A stretch of DNA of 64,000 nucleotides from a candidate division FCPU426 bacterium (GTDB lineage: Bacteria > Oederibacteriota > Muellerivitia > Muellerivitales > Muellerivitaceae): contig CAWCKJ010000003.1 of the NCBI GenBank assembly GCA_963796105.1, positions 64,001 through 128,000 on the forward strand, in the 5' to 3' direction. Positions 12,001-20,098 of this stretch are shown here, piece after piece (position 1 is the stretch's first letter; every line of letters starts with the position of its first letter). The notes beneath the pieces were generated by a model. That model made no database searches. It was given only the letters and a program-made list of their open reading frames with translations, and was not told the DNA's origin. A program made the position numbers and the translations under genes.

Positions 12001-12548
12001 TTTCAACCGTCCGGAAATGCCAAGGTTTCCTGAACCATTTTAGGATGCAATGGGTGGGTTACGCGGAGGCCCCAACCCTGGACGGATTGGCATACCTTCC
12101 GCGGGTTAATCCCTATGACGCCGCGGCCATCGCCTTTTTAAACAAGAATGTCCCCGACCAGCCCTGTTTGGCGGAGTTTGTCGGGGAAGGGTACAATTCC
12201 TGGGGCTCAAGGTTTTCCATTTTCACTGGAATTCCGGCGTTGATGGGATGGGACGGCCACGTGAGGGAATGGCTGACGGGACGCTCGGGAATGGATGCTG
12301 ATATCAACCAGCGTTTCCAGGCCACCGATCAAATCTTCCGGACCCCTGACGAGACCCTCGCGAAAAAATACCTGGATGCCTATGGTGTCCGCTTGGTAAT
12401 GGTGGGGACCGTCGAGAGAAACGGAGTCCCGGGAAGAAAAGGGGGCTATCCCGCCGAGGGTTTGGCCAAATTTCCCAAGTTTTTACCCTTAATCTATCGA
12501 AACCCCGAAGTCGAAATTTATTATAATCCTCCCTCCGTTTCCCAGTGA
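6018..12548 (+). CDS. Very large polytopic membrane protein: PMT/ArnT-like GT-C domain fused to DUF2298 (Chlor_Arch_YYY) domain
   Basis: N-half has LFRFYNLNWD..FHPDER, FFAYGQLP, KFVRYMIP, EESFSVYDHPRV. C-half has GEAGMDFGFL, FPPQNMWMAG, FYYGH, TINEFPYFS..GDMHAH, NTWE, MFKYG, TLDGLAY, MGWDGHVREW. Start codon uncertain. Confidence 0.8.
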   Translation: MINSNLLRSRVPKQSFLSTYFSNIGRFFRNHYLLVIIIALGGLFRFYNLNWDFQHSFHPDERNILGQTASIQASTGYRVQFFAYGQLPVYLYRASGELISTPQALFDFFHGNFTFTRISYFFLLLLLGSFCFWLFYSEKPKIISLKLPEFGLFAFSKLGLLTFILLPIWFHRYEEWVQGAYWLSVLLLFIGIFWFFPQEKFKNITLGASSASILFVLFLYPRFFDVFSIWFNAIGGIPLKITSFVFVVAISLGLCALITDFLDIKWSGLPSNIALGSMVFLGVVPLVLPDAFARAFGVLAFILIIFTGFTWFAWVSRWGRLLSAGLALWAVLASFPHGGMQYTGYGECMIVGRFWAALFATLTILAVYLFVKRVYKKDGMALVAAASFSFAVISIENSHYCITESFITLMLMVMALLSYEISIEGSWKNYLLAGAAFGLSLAAKTSTLYYVFIFFLGHLLLLSKKSEIDWLREGKKLKRKLFLPLSYAILFVLTAAFFVVGYKFKGVLQDLCPSNSAEGTVLWVLLMVILSAIGFGVAIWGLSKIKVIQAQMPYWLKLSASGGLSLLLFCLLSPWSLLDIQKFMESQNYEWHVVSISDACYVLQFKDTLRYIYHLQNLMSVELWWPLGVTAVIGMVWVLGRFLFHLLRPVASKGLLPVPFMKGKHFNFSLPDLMLLCWFIPYFGFIGAWNTKFVRYMIPLIPVFCIFGARFLSDLFAWMSRWKFPSMVLKPLLTALVLGGGLFYAIAYMHVYTAPNPWIDSSVWIYKNVPPGSEILNEAWGDGLPVDVNPQQDKRVDKIMSPGLYRSKDITPYEMHGFPTDNNQIKKDYYANIFRDADYISISSKKLWYTLTDSSPEFRPNGFNAYPVTSRYYRLLWSGLLGFKMAAEFHNFPTLFGWSHPDDTGEESFSVYDHPRVYLFKKFENVTSDKILKMIETDDYVKGINRDMMRNITPENVDSFIAQRHQYLQSKGLLASLEETSSPTPVETPAVVQPALLKDRFQNARKMKGENIPPQTTGTPLPTPEAKVVAPATVPGLPSGKTLRALESLAQHPVIETDVPKLPLAGSGVFFSQVWAWISWVVLLIVLGWIALPLTLRVMAPLSSGAYSLSKVFGFLVFSWVVWFFTSIKVAGFTLSACWFWLLALAALSLYAYWRDRVFLKDLYAKWGPSWIKQETAFVTAFAIFSLVKIFISHIHDPVSDGYNGGGEAGMDFGFLASVVRGETFPPQNMWMAGQPIGYTFYYGHLMMGILTKTLGLAPGITYNLALITLFALVFSSAFGLAFALSGRLSSGWIAGFLCAAAGNPAAAKQHLEALHQCFISAWEVFHQLFSAGGVGNFFRRIPDIWAPLLNFRYDYWAPTRVIPFGNNEGSTINEFPYFSVLYGDMHAHTLAMPFAMLLIGVIASLYMSKTDGAFKWKWDWKSLVSAGFIFGAIAFLNTWEVPTWLILLGIALMVQSMMKLEKSLLTKGMTLLALSILGALTLLGWWLNFGLESLARNLLKFRFELSPHALGGTTGYFVFFAVLGVAFAVIWFYSRKKSKPFSIQLLGVLTSLGWTLFCMAVLWIPFFSQFHPQQNKVMWVKPDIRTSLWNYFNVYGLYLAVLLLSFLIAFKDRVFKWTGSKSKKKWRWIGFLDNLMDWGSGISTVKSPIHGMLLLGLFSLVSIWGASWVHWTESQDISGTVIAQVFATLAVALIGFAVYLKDRWEVWAALAGLVVFWVSLMAIHVTHLTQDLLPTLGLLLFSCLWMLAFFHLGLAIKTYSDRLLSFSYILVSYFFFVTAVLEVFVMSEYFGFGNGMRNNSMFKYGINAWTLAAISTGIFLPKIVDFFEVFMRAKVKEAVLPGWLMRIISGILVFVLFRVLLNSFVPSLHSGVVYALNLILIGGILSWCYIEEWLEEGWIRSVALAVGILLVIYNLLPFLNFGSGPIFGYLEKFGEDLSVEFVFPAMITVVLLSSLSLAVRYYRDRKDGGRKLLYHSWALLLAVLFLMVSIYPVFSTVRKCQGFLNHFRMQWVGYAEAPTLDGLAYLPRVNPYDAAAIAFLNKNVPDQPCLAEFVGEGYNSWGSRFSIFTGIPALMGWDGHVREWLTGRSGMDADINQRFQATDQIFRTPDETLAKKYLDAYGVRLVMVGTVERNGVPGRKGGYPAEGLAKFPKFLPLIYRNPEVEIYYNPPSVSQ

Positions 12549-12601
12549 CGCGTCCGAGGAAAGGTTTCACCAAATTCAAAATGGTTTTGGAGGTTTATTA
12601 A

Positions 12602-15112
12602 ATGGCACCCCTTTTTGGCTGGTGGTTGACCGTGGAAATTTTGGGTCTGTTGGCCCTGCCCTTGACCTTGGTGCTTTTGAAACAACTTCCCGACAAGGGC
12701 TATATCTTCAGCAAAGTAATGGCCCTGTTGGTCGTGGGTTATTTTTCCTGGGTCTTTGGATACGCTACTTTCGGCGTCTCCACGATCATCCTGGCGGTTC
12801 TGGTTTTGGCGGCCGCCTCCGCTTATCTTTTGAAGGATTCCTGGATTTCCTTCAAGGAATACTGGACTCGAAACCTGGGCTTCATCCTGGTGGTGGAATG
12901 CTTTTTTCTCGTGGCCTTCCTAGTGGCGGGCGCCTATAAAATGCGCACGCCGGATATTGTCGGAACGGAAAAACCCATGGATTTCGCCATGATCAATGGA
13001 ATCCTCGCTTCTCCCTCCATGCCTCCCCAAGATCCGTGGCTTTCAGGCGGAAGCATCTCTTATTACTATTTCGGCTATTTCATCGTCGCGATCCTGAGCA
13101 AGATGACCGGCGTCGAGTCGGGGGTCGCCTATAACCTCGCCGTGGCCCTGACCTGGGCCTTGGCCGCAGTCTGCGTCTTTTCCATCGCTTTCGCCATGAC
13201 GCGCCGCTACCGCTACTCGCTTTTTTCGGCGGCCAGCGCCGTCATCTTCGGGAACTTGGACTATTGGCACCGCGCCATCCAAAGTTTCCGGATCGGGGAT
13301 TTGAGGATTCCTTATTACAATTTTCCGGCCAATCCTAACGCTCCCGCCGGCTTATCCGGTTTTTTCAATTTCCTTTTCAGCCCCCTTGCCAATTATTGGG
13401 ACTATTTCCAGGCGTCCCGGATTGTTCCAGTTCCGCCCACGGACAAAATGATCAACGAGTTTCCCTCGTTCAGCTTTTTCTTGTCGGATCTTCATCCCCA
13501 TGTTATGGCCATTCCTTTCGTGCTCCTGGCGGTGGCGGTCATCCTGAACCTCCTGAAATCCCCCTACCCGGGATTAGGCGTTTTTTCAAACAGGCGTTCC
13601 TGGCAGGTGATCCAATGGGTTCTGTTCATGATTCTCTTTGGGGCACTTTCCTTCCTGAATAGCTGGGATTTTCCAACCTTCCTGCTTCTGCTGGGAGTCA
13701 GTCTTGCCCTGCAACAATGGTGGGCAAATGGGAAGGACTTCGCGAGCTGGCTCAAATCCACCGCCCTTGTGGGCATTCCCATCGTGATCGGATCTTTCCT
13801 GCTCTACGTGTTTTTTTATTTTAGGTTCCAATCCCAGGCCAAAGGTTTGGGTTTCGTGGGGGATCGGACGGATCTATATTACATCGGAGTGATGTTCGGG
13901 CTTTTTCTTGCCATCCTGGCGCCGGCTTTGATTGGAAAAGCGATCCGAACCAACAATGAAAAGGGCTCAAAAGCGAAGGGCAAGCGCTCCGAGGATTGTA
14001 AATGCGTTTACTGCGGCCGGGACAATTCGAACAAGAATTTCTGCGGTTTTTGCGGGGGCGAGTTGGCCCCTGCCGGCATGGTGGAAATCACGCCCCTTCC
14101 GCATGATAAAGCCAGGCAATTCCTCTCGGGGTTGAAGAGGTTTGTCTATTCCGACTCAAAACCCCTGAAAGGCTGGATCGCCCTCGGGATTGGGATCGTC
14201 GCTTTAATCCTGCTGAATTTGGGGTTCCTGAAGCTTTCCACCATTCTTTTCATGCTCCTCCTGATTCTTTTCGCGGTCCTCTCCCTTTCCGGCAAGGAAG
14301 AAAGCCACGAAGGGATTTTCGCGACCCTTTTGGCCATCCTGGCTTTTGGTTTGGTGCTGGGATGCGAGGTCTTGTACATCAAGGACCATTTCGACGGAAG
14401 CGCCCTTTACCGCATGAACACGGTCTTCAAGTTCCATTACCAGGCCTGGCTGTTATTCAGCATTTCCTCGGGATATTTCCTTAAGTGGATCATGGAAAAC
14501 CAGTTTAACCAGTGGGCTGTTTGGAAAAAAAGCCTTTGGATCGCAGTGACCGGCATCGCCTTTTTAGGGGCGGCCCTTTATCCGGCCATGGCCTTCACCT
14601 CGCGCATGAGGGGATCCTCGATCGAGAATATCACCTTGGATGGGTCCCTCTTTTACGAGAGAACCTACGGGGTGGATTACCAGATCGCGCAATGGATCAA
14701 GTCGAACGTGAAGCCTGTTTCGGGTAAAATTCCCGTGATCCTGGAGGCTTGGGGAGGGTCCTATCAGCAGGAGTACGCCCGGCTGGCCACCGTGACGGGA
14801 TACCCCACCATCCTGGGATGGAATTTCCATGAGGCGCAATGGAGAGGCTCCTGGGACCAAGCGGTGATCCGGGGCCAAAGCTCCGACGACACGGTCCAAA
14901 AAAGGCAGGCGGACGTGGACGCGATCTATACGAGCCCGGATTTGAACCAAACCCGGGATTTATTGAAAAAGTATTCGGTGGATTATGTTTATGTGGGGGA
15001 CTTGGAACGCCAAAAGTACAAGGATCACCCCGAGAACCTTGGCAAGTTCGCGCAGTTGGGCTTGCAGGCTGTTAACATGGGCAGTTCGGTGCTGTATAAG
15101 ATCAACCCTTAA
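12602..15112 (+). CDS. DUF2298 / Chlor_Arch_YYY domain membrane protein
   Basis: TEKPMDFA, PPQDPWLSG, ISYYYFGY, INEFPSFSFFLSDLHPH, NSWDFP, RMNTVFKFHYQAW, TLDG, GWNFHEAQWR. Confidence 0.88.
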   Translation: MAPLFGWWLTVEILGLLALPLTLVLLKQLPDKGYIFSKVMALLVVGYFSWVFGYATFGVSTIILAVLVLAAASAYLLKDSWISFKEYWTRNLGFILVVECFFLVAFLVAGAYKMRTPDIVGTEKPMDFAMINGILASPSMPPQDPWLSGGSISYYYFGYFIVAILSKMTGVESGVAYNLAVALTWALAAVCVFSIAFAMTRRYRYSLFSAASAVIFGNLDYWHRAIQSFRIGDLRIPYYNFPANPNAPAGLSGFFNFLFSPLANYWDYFQASRIVPVPPTDKMINEFPSFSFFLSDLHPHVMAIPFVLLAVAVILNLLKSPYPGLGVFSNRRSWQVIQWVLFMILFGALSFLNSWDFPTFLLLLGVSLALQQWWANGKDFASWLKSTALVGIPIVIGSFLLYVFFYFRFQSQAKGLGFVGDRTDLYYIGVMFGLFLAILAPALIGKAIRTNNEKGSKAKGKRSEDCKCVYCGRDNSNKNFCGFCGGELAPAGMVEITPLPHDKARQFLSGLKRFVYSDSKPLKGWIALGIGIVALILLNLGFLKLSTILFMLLLILFAVLSLSGKEESHEGIFATLLAILAFGLVLGCEVLYIKDHFDGSALYRMNTVFKFHYQAWLLFSISSGYFLKWIMENQFNQWAVWKKSLWIAVTGIAFLGAALYPAMAFTSRMRGSSIENITLDGSLFYERTYGVDYQIAQWIKSNVKPVSGKIPVILEAWGGSYQQEYARLATVTGYPTILGWNFHEAQWRGSWDQAVIRGQSSDDTVQKRQADVDAIYTSPDLNQTRDLLKKYSVDYVYVGDLERQKYKDHPENLGKFAQLGLQAVNMGSSVLYKINP

Positions 15113-15145
15113 ACGGGACAACATTTTACTTTAGGGAGGACGAGG

Positions 15146-16174
15146 ATGCTGAAAATCGGCGAGAGGGAATTGACGACGAAAGACTTGATCCTGGCGGGAG
15201 TCCTGGCGCTGGTCGCGGCCGCGGCCATCTGGGCCATGATGGGCTCCAAACCCAAGCCCATTATCGGGCAGGCGCCTCCTCCGGCGAGGGCCGGTTTGGT
15301 GCTGATGGAAGGAGGCCAGCCCGGCGCGGGACCGGGGCAGTTTAATTATCCCCGGGGTATCGCCGTCAACAGCAAGGGCGAGATGTTCGTGGCCGACAGC
15401 CGCAACCACCGCATCCAGAAGTTCAGCCCCGCGAAATGGCAGTTCGTGAAGGAATTCGGCTCCTTCGCCAACGTGGGCGGGGGCGACCCGAAGAAGCTGG
15501 CCAACATGTCCCCTGGAAAGTTGAACGAGCCCAACGGCTTGTGCATTGGACCGGACGACAATGTTTATGTCATCGACACCTGGAACAGCCGTGTCCAGAT
15601 TTTCTCTTCCAACGGCGGATTGAAGAAGGTTTTCGCCAGCGAGGACGGTTTCTTCGGCCCAAGGGAAATCGTGGCCGACCCAAAGGGATTCGTATTCGTG
15701 GCGGATACCGGACGGCACCGCATAGTGAAGTTCGACCCCAAGGGTCTTCAGGTGAGGGCTTTTGGGATCAAGGGGGACAAGCCGGGCCAGTTCAACGAGC
15801 CGATTGGTTTGGCCTTGGACCAGGCGGGAAACCTTTACGTGGCGGACCGCTTGAATTTCCGTATCCAGGTATTCAACTCGGAGGGCCAGTACCTGCGGGA
15901 ATGGCACGTGGACGGATGGGCCCAGGAGCAGGTGGATATGGAGCCCCATTTGGCCATGGATTCCGCCAAAGGACTGCTTTATGTGACCGACGGCCGTGGC
16001 AAGAAGGTTTTCGCCTACCACGTGAACGACGGTTCGCTGGCCGCGACCCTGGAAAAAGACTCGAACGGGGGCAATTTGTTCAGCACCCCGATCGGCGTGG
16101 CGGTTGACAAGGACGGGAACGTCTATGTGACCGACGCTTCCACGGCCAGGATTTATAAACTCAAGGGACAATAA
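15146..16174 (+). CDS. Membrane-anchored NHL-repeat (beta-propeller) protein
   Basis: N-terminal TM helix; repeats GQFNYPRGIAV..FVADSRNHRIQKF, GQFNEPIGLALD..YVADRLNFRIQVF. Confidence 0.88.
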   Translation: MLKIGERELTTKDLILAGVLALVAAAAIWAMMGSKPKPIIGQAPPPARAGLVLMEGGQPGAGPGQFNYPRGIAVNSKGEMFVADSRNHRIQKFSPAKWQFVKEFGSFANVGGGDPKKLANMSPGKLNEPNGLCIGPDDNVYVIDTWNSRVQIFSSNGGLKKVFASEDGFFGPREIVADPKGFVFVADTGRHRIVKFDPKGLQVRAFGIKGDKPGQFNEPIGLALDQAGNLYVADRLNFRIQVFNSEGQYLREWHVDGWAQEQVDMEPHLAMDSAKGLLYVTDGRGKKVFAYHVNDGSLAATLEKDSNGGNLFSTPIGVAVDKDGNVYVTDASTARIYKLKGQ

Positions 16175-16213
16175 TCCCGAACCTAAAACGGTTAAGGAAA
16201 GAGAGCTCGAAAA

Positions 16214-17236
16214 ATGGCGATCAAGAGATCTGCGGGGAAACGCAATAAGAGGAAAAAGGGCGGGAGAAAACGCAAGAGCTTTGGGAAGGGCGCCAAGCTT
16301 TTCTTCGCCGTCCTGGGCATTACGGTTTTGGTCTGCCTGCTTTACGGTTCCCTGCAGAAGATCACCCAGCAGCTGGTCATGGCCAAGACCATGGACGTCC
16401 GTGTGGATTTGGAAAGCGACGGGAACGGCACTAAAACCGGGCCCTTCAAGGAGCCCTGGGGTGTGGCCTCCGATGATGCCGGGAATTTTTACGTCTCGGA
16501 GTTCAGCGGCCACAGGGTCCGCAAGTTCGACTCCTCCGGCAATGAGCTCTTTTCCTTCGGCGAGATGGGTAAGGACAAGGGCCAGTTCAACCAGCCGAGC
16601 GGCATATACGTGAATAAGCAGGGAATGATTTTCGTCTGCGATACCTTCAACCACCGCATTCAAAAGTTCGACGCGGAGGGAAATTTCCTCAAGGAATGGA
16701 GCCGTAGTTTCAACGGCCCAAGGGGAATTTCCGGCGATGGAAGCCGGGTCTTCGTGGTGGACACGGGAAACCACAAGGTCCAGGTTTTCGACGAGGAGGG
16801 GAATTTTATCAAGGAGTGGGGAAACTACGGGAAGGAAAACGGCAATTTCCGGGAGCCGGAAGGCTGCGTGGTGGACCCCGCCGGGTTTCTTTACGTGGTG
16901 GATTCGGACAACACCCGGATCCAGAAATTCAACCTGGATGGGAAATTCATGGCGGCATTCAAGGTGAGTACATGGAAGGGCAAGAACGACGAGATGCCTT
17001 ACCTGGCCTTGGGGCCTGGCTGTCTTTACACCACGAACGCGAGCCAGCAATGGGTCCTGAAATTGGCGAACACCGGCGGAAGCCTTGAGGCCATCTACAA
17101 GCGCCCCGGAAAAGGCCAGGGATTTCCCGGAGCGGCCGGCATCGCCGCCGACAACCAGGGAAGGTTGATCGTGGCTGAAAGGGGCCAAAACAGGGTTGTG
17201 AGGCTCATCCCGTCCTCCGCCTCGGCCAGCCGTTAA
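16214..17236 (+). CDS. Membrane-anchored NHL-repeat protein
   Basis: Basic N-terminus plus TM helix; FKEPWGVA, FNQPSGI..DTFNHRIQKF, FNGPRGI..DTGNHKVQVF. Confidence 0.88.
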   Translation: MAIKRSAGKRNKRKKGGRKRKSFGKGAKLFFAVLGITVLVCLLYGSLQKITQQLVMAKTMDVRVDLESDGNGTKTGPFKEPWGVASDDAGNFYVSEFSGHRVRKFDSSGNELFSFGEMGKDKGQFNQPSGIYVNKQGMIFVCDTFNHRIQKFDAEGNFLKEWSRSFNGPRGISGDGSRVFVVDTGNHKVQVFDEEGNFIKEWGNYGKENGNFREPEGCVVDPAGFLYVVDSDNTRIQKFNLDGKFMAAFKVSTWKGKNDEMPYLALGPGCLYTTNASQQWVLKLANTGGSLEAIYKRPGKGQGFPGAAGIAADNQGRLIVAERGQNRVVRLIPSSASASR

Positions 17237-17271
17237 GAAACGCCTGGGCCTGAAAACCGGCGGGGGAGACC

Positions 17272-18000
17272 ATGAAAAAACGGAAGAACCAGACCCTGAT
17301 CGTGGTTCCGACCTACAACGAAAAAGGGAACATCGAGGCCGTTTACCGGAAGATTTTCCTGGCCACCAAGGCCTGCGATCTCCTTTTCGTGGACGATAAT
17401 TCCCCGGACGGTACGGGAAAAATCGCCGATTCCATTTCCCGCAAGAACCCCCGGGTGCGTGTCCTGCACCGATTGAAGAAGATGGGCCTGGGTTCCGCCT
17501 ATATCCACGGCATGGAAAAAGCCGTCGAGTGGGATTACCAATTCGTGATCGCCATGGACGCGGACTTGTCTCACGACCCCTCCAATATCCCAACCATGCT
17601 GGAGATGGTAAAGGTCAACGATCTCATCATCGGTTCCCGTTACGTGAAGGACGGGGGAATGGTGAATTGGGGGATGGGGAGGTTCTTTATCAGCAGGTCG
17701 GCCAACCAGTTCGCCCGGAGCCTCCTGGGGATTCCTTTTCATGACTGCTCAGGAGGTTACAAGTGCTATCGGGTCGAGCTTCTCAGGAAAATCGGGCTCC
17801 AAAACATTTTTTCATTCGGTTACTCGTTCCAAGTGGAGATTCTCTTCCGGGCGATCAGGGCTGGGGCCAGGGTGATGGAGTTCCCGATAGTGTTCGTCAA
17901 CCGCCACCAGGGTGCGAGCAAGCTCAATTCCAGCGAGATGATTCAATACGTCACCACGGTTCTAAGGCTCAGGTGGCTGGCCTGGATTGGAAAGGTTTGA
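17272..18000 (+). CDS. Polyprenol monophosphomannose synthase (Dpm1/Ppm1-like GT2)
   Basis: VPTYNEKGNI, VDDNSPDGT, KMGLGSAY, MDADLSHDP, IGSRYV.GG, GYSFQVE, EFPIVFVNR. Confidence 0.88.
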   Translation: MKKRKNQTLIVVPTYNEKGNIEAVYRKIFLATKACDLLFVDDNSPDGTGKIADSISRKNPRVRVLHRLKKMGLGSAYIHGMEKAVEWDYQFVIAMDADLSHDPSNIPTMLEMVKVNDLIIGSRYVKDGGMVNWGMGRFFISRSANQFARSLLGIPFHDCSGGYKCYRVELLRKIGLQNIFSFGYSFQVEILFRAIRAGARVMEFPIVFVNRHQGASKLNSSEMIQYVTTVLRLRWLAWIGKV

Positions 18001-18001
18001 G

Positions 18002-19435
18002 ATGAAATACCTTAAGTCCATGAGAATTTTGATTCTTGCCGCGGCTGTCCTAGCGGGAATCGGTTCATCTTTTCCGTTAATGGCCCGGCCTCCCGTGATT
18101 CCCAAGGCCCCTCCCATGAAAATTAAGATTCCGGAATTCCACGTGAAAATCCTATCCTGCGGATTGAAGGTCATTCTTCTCAAGGATGATGATCTTCCCC
18201 TCGCATCGGCGAATCTTTATATCCCGGGAGGGAATATCATGGACCCCCCGGGCAAGGAAGGGCTGGTAGGCCTGGTTGGCGAGAGCCTTCGCAATGGGGG
18301 GGCTGGGAAACTCAGCGCTGAGGCCTTTGATGAGGCCCTGGAGGAAAAAGCCGCGACGATGGAAGCTACCGCGGATCAAGAATCTTTCACGGTGTCTTTC
18401 AAGTGCCTCTCGGGTGATCTCCCTGATGTTCTCGGCCTTTTCGCCGACATGCTTCTGAGGCCGGGATTCGATGACAAGCGCATCGGCGCGGACCGGGCTA
18501 ATCTAGTGGATTCCCTTAACCGGTTAGAGGACATCCCTGATAACCTGACCAGGGTTCTCTTCACCAAGGGGTTATTTGGTTCACACCCTTACGGAAGGTG
18601 GGGAAGTCCCAAAAGTACGAAAGGGTTGTCGAGAGAGGATATCCTGAAGTTCTACCGTGAGCATTACGGGCCGGAGGGTTCGGTGCTGGCCATTGCTGGT
18701 AAATTCAACGAGGATGAGATTTTTCAGGCCCTGGAAAAAATCTTCGCGGGTTGGAAAAAACAGCTTCCCCCTCCCGTATTCGCGGATGGCAAATCACTTG
18801 GCCCGGTCATTTACTTTTACCCCAAAGAAGTCTCTCAAGTCTTCATCCGCTATGGTGTTCCCGGCCTGAAACGCCACGACCCGAGGGATTTTCCCCTCCA
18901 AGTGGGCAATTACATTCTTGGCGGTTCGGGCTTCACCTCCCGACTCATGCGCAATATCCGGTCCAACAGGGGATTGGCGTATTTTGTGGACAGCGTGGAC
19001 GTCCCTTATAACATCCCGGGGGTTTTTGAGGTGATCGGGGGAACCAGGCCCGATTCCGTGACGGAATACCTGTCACTCATGTTCAAGGTTCTCGGTGATT
19101 ACGCCAAGGAAGGTCCCACGGCTGAGGAGCTAAGCCAAGCCAAGCAGGGAATGACGGAGGAATACGCCTATAACTTCGAGTCGTCTTTCTCGCTGGTTCC
19201 CTACAAGGCTTCGCTTGATTTTCACGGTTATCCGGATGATTACCTGGCGTCCTACCGCAACAAGATCAAGGCCGTGACGAGGGAGGAAACGGCCCAAGCC
19301 GTGGCTTCCATCCTGGAACAGAAAAATTGGGTGATGGTGGTTTGCGGCCCGGCGGAATTGGAGAAAGAGCTTGGCGAATTCGGCAAAGTCGTCAAGATCA
19401 CGGACATTTTCGCACCCTTGACTGAGAAACCATAA
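18002..19435 (+). CDS. M16 (pitrilysin-family) peptidase-like protein, probably non-catalytic subunit
   Basis: Signal peptide; GLKVIL...LP, DPPGKEGL, HPYGR, ILGGSGFTSRL..IR..RGLAY; HXXEH motif absent. Confidence 0.82.
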   Translation: MKYLKSMRILILAAAVLAGIGSSFPLMARPPVIPKAPPMKIKIPEFHVKILSCGLKVILLKDDDLPLASANLYIPGGNIMDPPGKEGLVGLVGESLRNGGAGKLSAEAFDEALEEKAATMEATADQESFTVSFKCLSGDLPDVLGLFADMLLRPGFDDKRIGADRANLVDSLNRLEDIPDNLTRVLFTKGLFGSHPYGRWGSPKSTKGLSREDILKFYREHYGPEGSVLAIAGKFNEDEIFQALEKIFAGWKKQLPPPVFADGKSLGPVIYFYPKEVSQVFIRYGVPGLKRHDPRDFPLQVGNYILGGSGFTSRLMRNIRSNRGLAYFVDSVDVPYNIPGVFEVIGGTRPDSVTEYLSLMFKVLGDYAKEGPTAEELSQAKQGMTEEYAYNFESSFSLVPYKASLDFHGYPDDYLASYRNKIKAVTREETAQAVASILEQKNWVMVVCGPAELEKELGEFGKVVKITDIFAPLTEKP

Positions 19436-19564
19436 TTTTTCTTGATGTATTAAAGTTGTAAAGAGGGCGAACTTTCCTTAAAATTCTGTGCTCGAAATAG
19501 AGTATTAAGTTTTTTCTAACTTAAAATTTAGAATTCAAAATTTAAAATTTTTTTTAAGTGTTAG

Positions 19565-19639
19565 GGCCCCATCGTCTAACGGTTAGGACGGATGGTTCTC
19601 AGCCATTAAATCGGGGTTCGATTCCCCGTGGGGCTACCA
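19565..19639 (+). tRNA. tRNA-Glu (CTC)
   Basis: GGCCCCA/TGGGGCT acceptor stem, D arm GTCTAACGGTTAGGAC, anticodon arm GATGG-TTCTCAG-CCATT, T arm CGGGGTTCGATTCCCCG, encoded CCA. Confidence 0.95.
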
Positions 19640-19972
19640 AAACATGAACCCAGGTTCGACTGAACCTGGGTTTTTTATTTGGCCCTACGGGGTGGAAAAG
19701 TCTGAAAATGGGAGTTTTCTGGTAGTTCGATGGGGTACACAGGGGGTTCATCCCCTGTGAGCGAAGCCCCGTGGTGGTTACCAAAACATGAACCCGGGTT
19801 CGACTGAACCTGGGTTTTTTATTTGGCCCTACGGGGTGGAAAAGTCTGAAAACGGGAGTTTTCAGGTAGTTCGATGGGGTACACAGGGGGTTCATCCCCT
19901 GTGAGCAAAGCCCCGTGATGGTTACCAAAACATGAGCCCGGGTTCATTCGAACCTGGGTTTTTTAATTTGGC
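19624..19972 (+). repeat. tRNA-linked tandem repeat, about 144-bp unit, two full copies plus one partial
   Basis: Units start at 19624, 19767 and 19911; each begins with the tRNA 3' end (CCCCGTG...TACCA) followed by the same terminator hairpin. Confidence 0.9.
19647..19680 (+). terminator. Rho-independent terminator after tRNA-Glu (repeated near 19791 and 19935)
   Basis: AACCCAGGTTC-GACT-GAACCTGGGTT followed by TTTTATTT. Confidence 0.85.
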
Positions 19973-20098
19973 TCCGAGGGGGAAGTGGGAATGGTTCGGG
20001 AAACGGAAGTTTCCCGGCCTTTCAAAGGGATAGCATAGGGAATTACAACCTTTAAGAACGATGCGAGGTACTGCTTCCCGGTGCGATGGATGAAACGC

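Noticed and set aside
15131..17593. 820-aa minus-strand ORF
   Set aside because: Antisense shadow of the GC-rich NHL and Dpm1 genes; no recognisable motifs.
19565..19972. Prophage or integrative element at tRNA-Glu
   Set aside because: The tRNA-end duplications are only 144 bp apart; no integrase and no distant att copy seen in the window.
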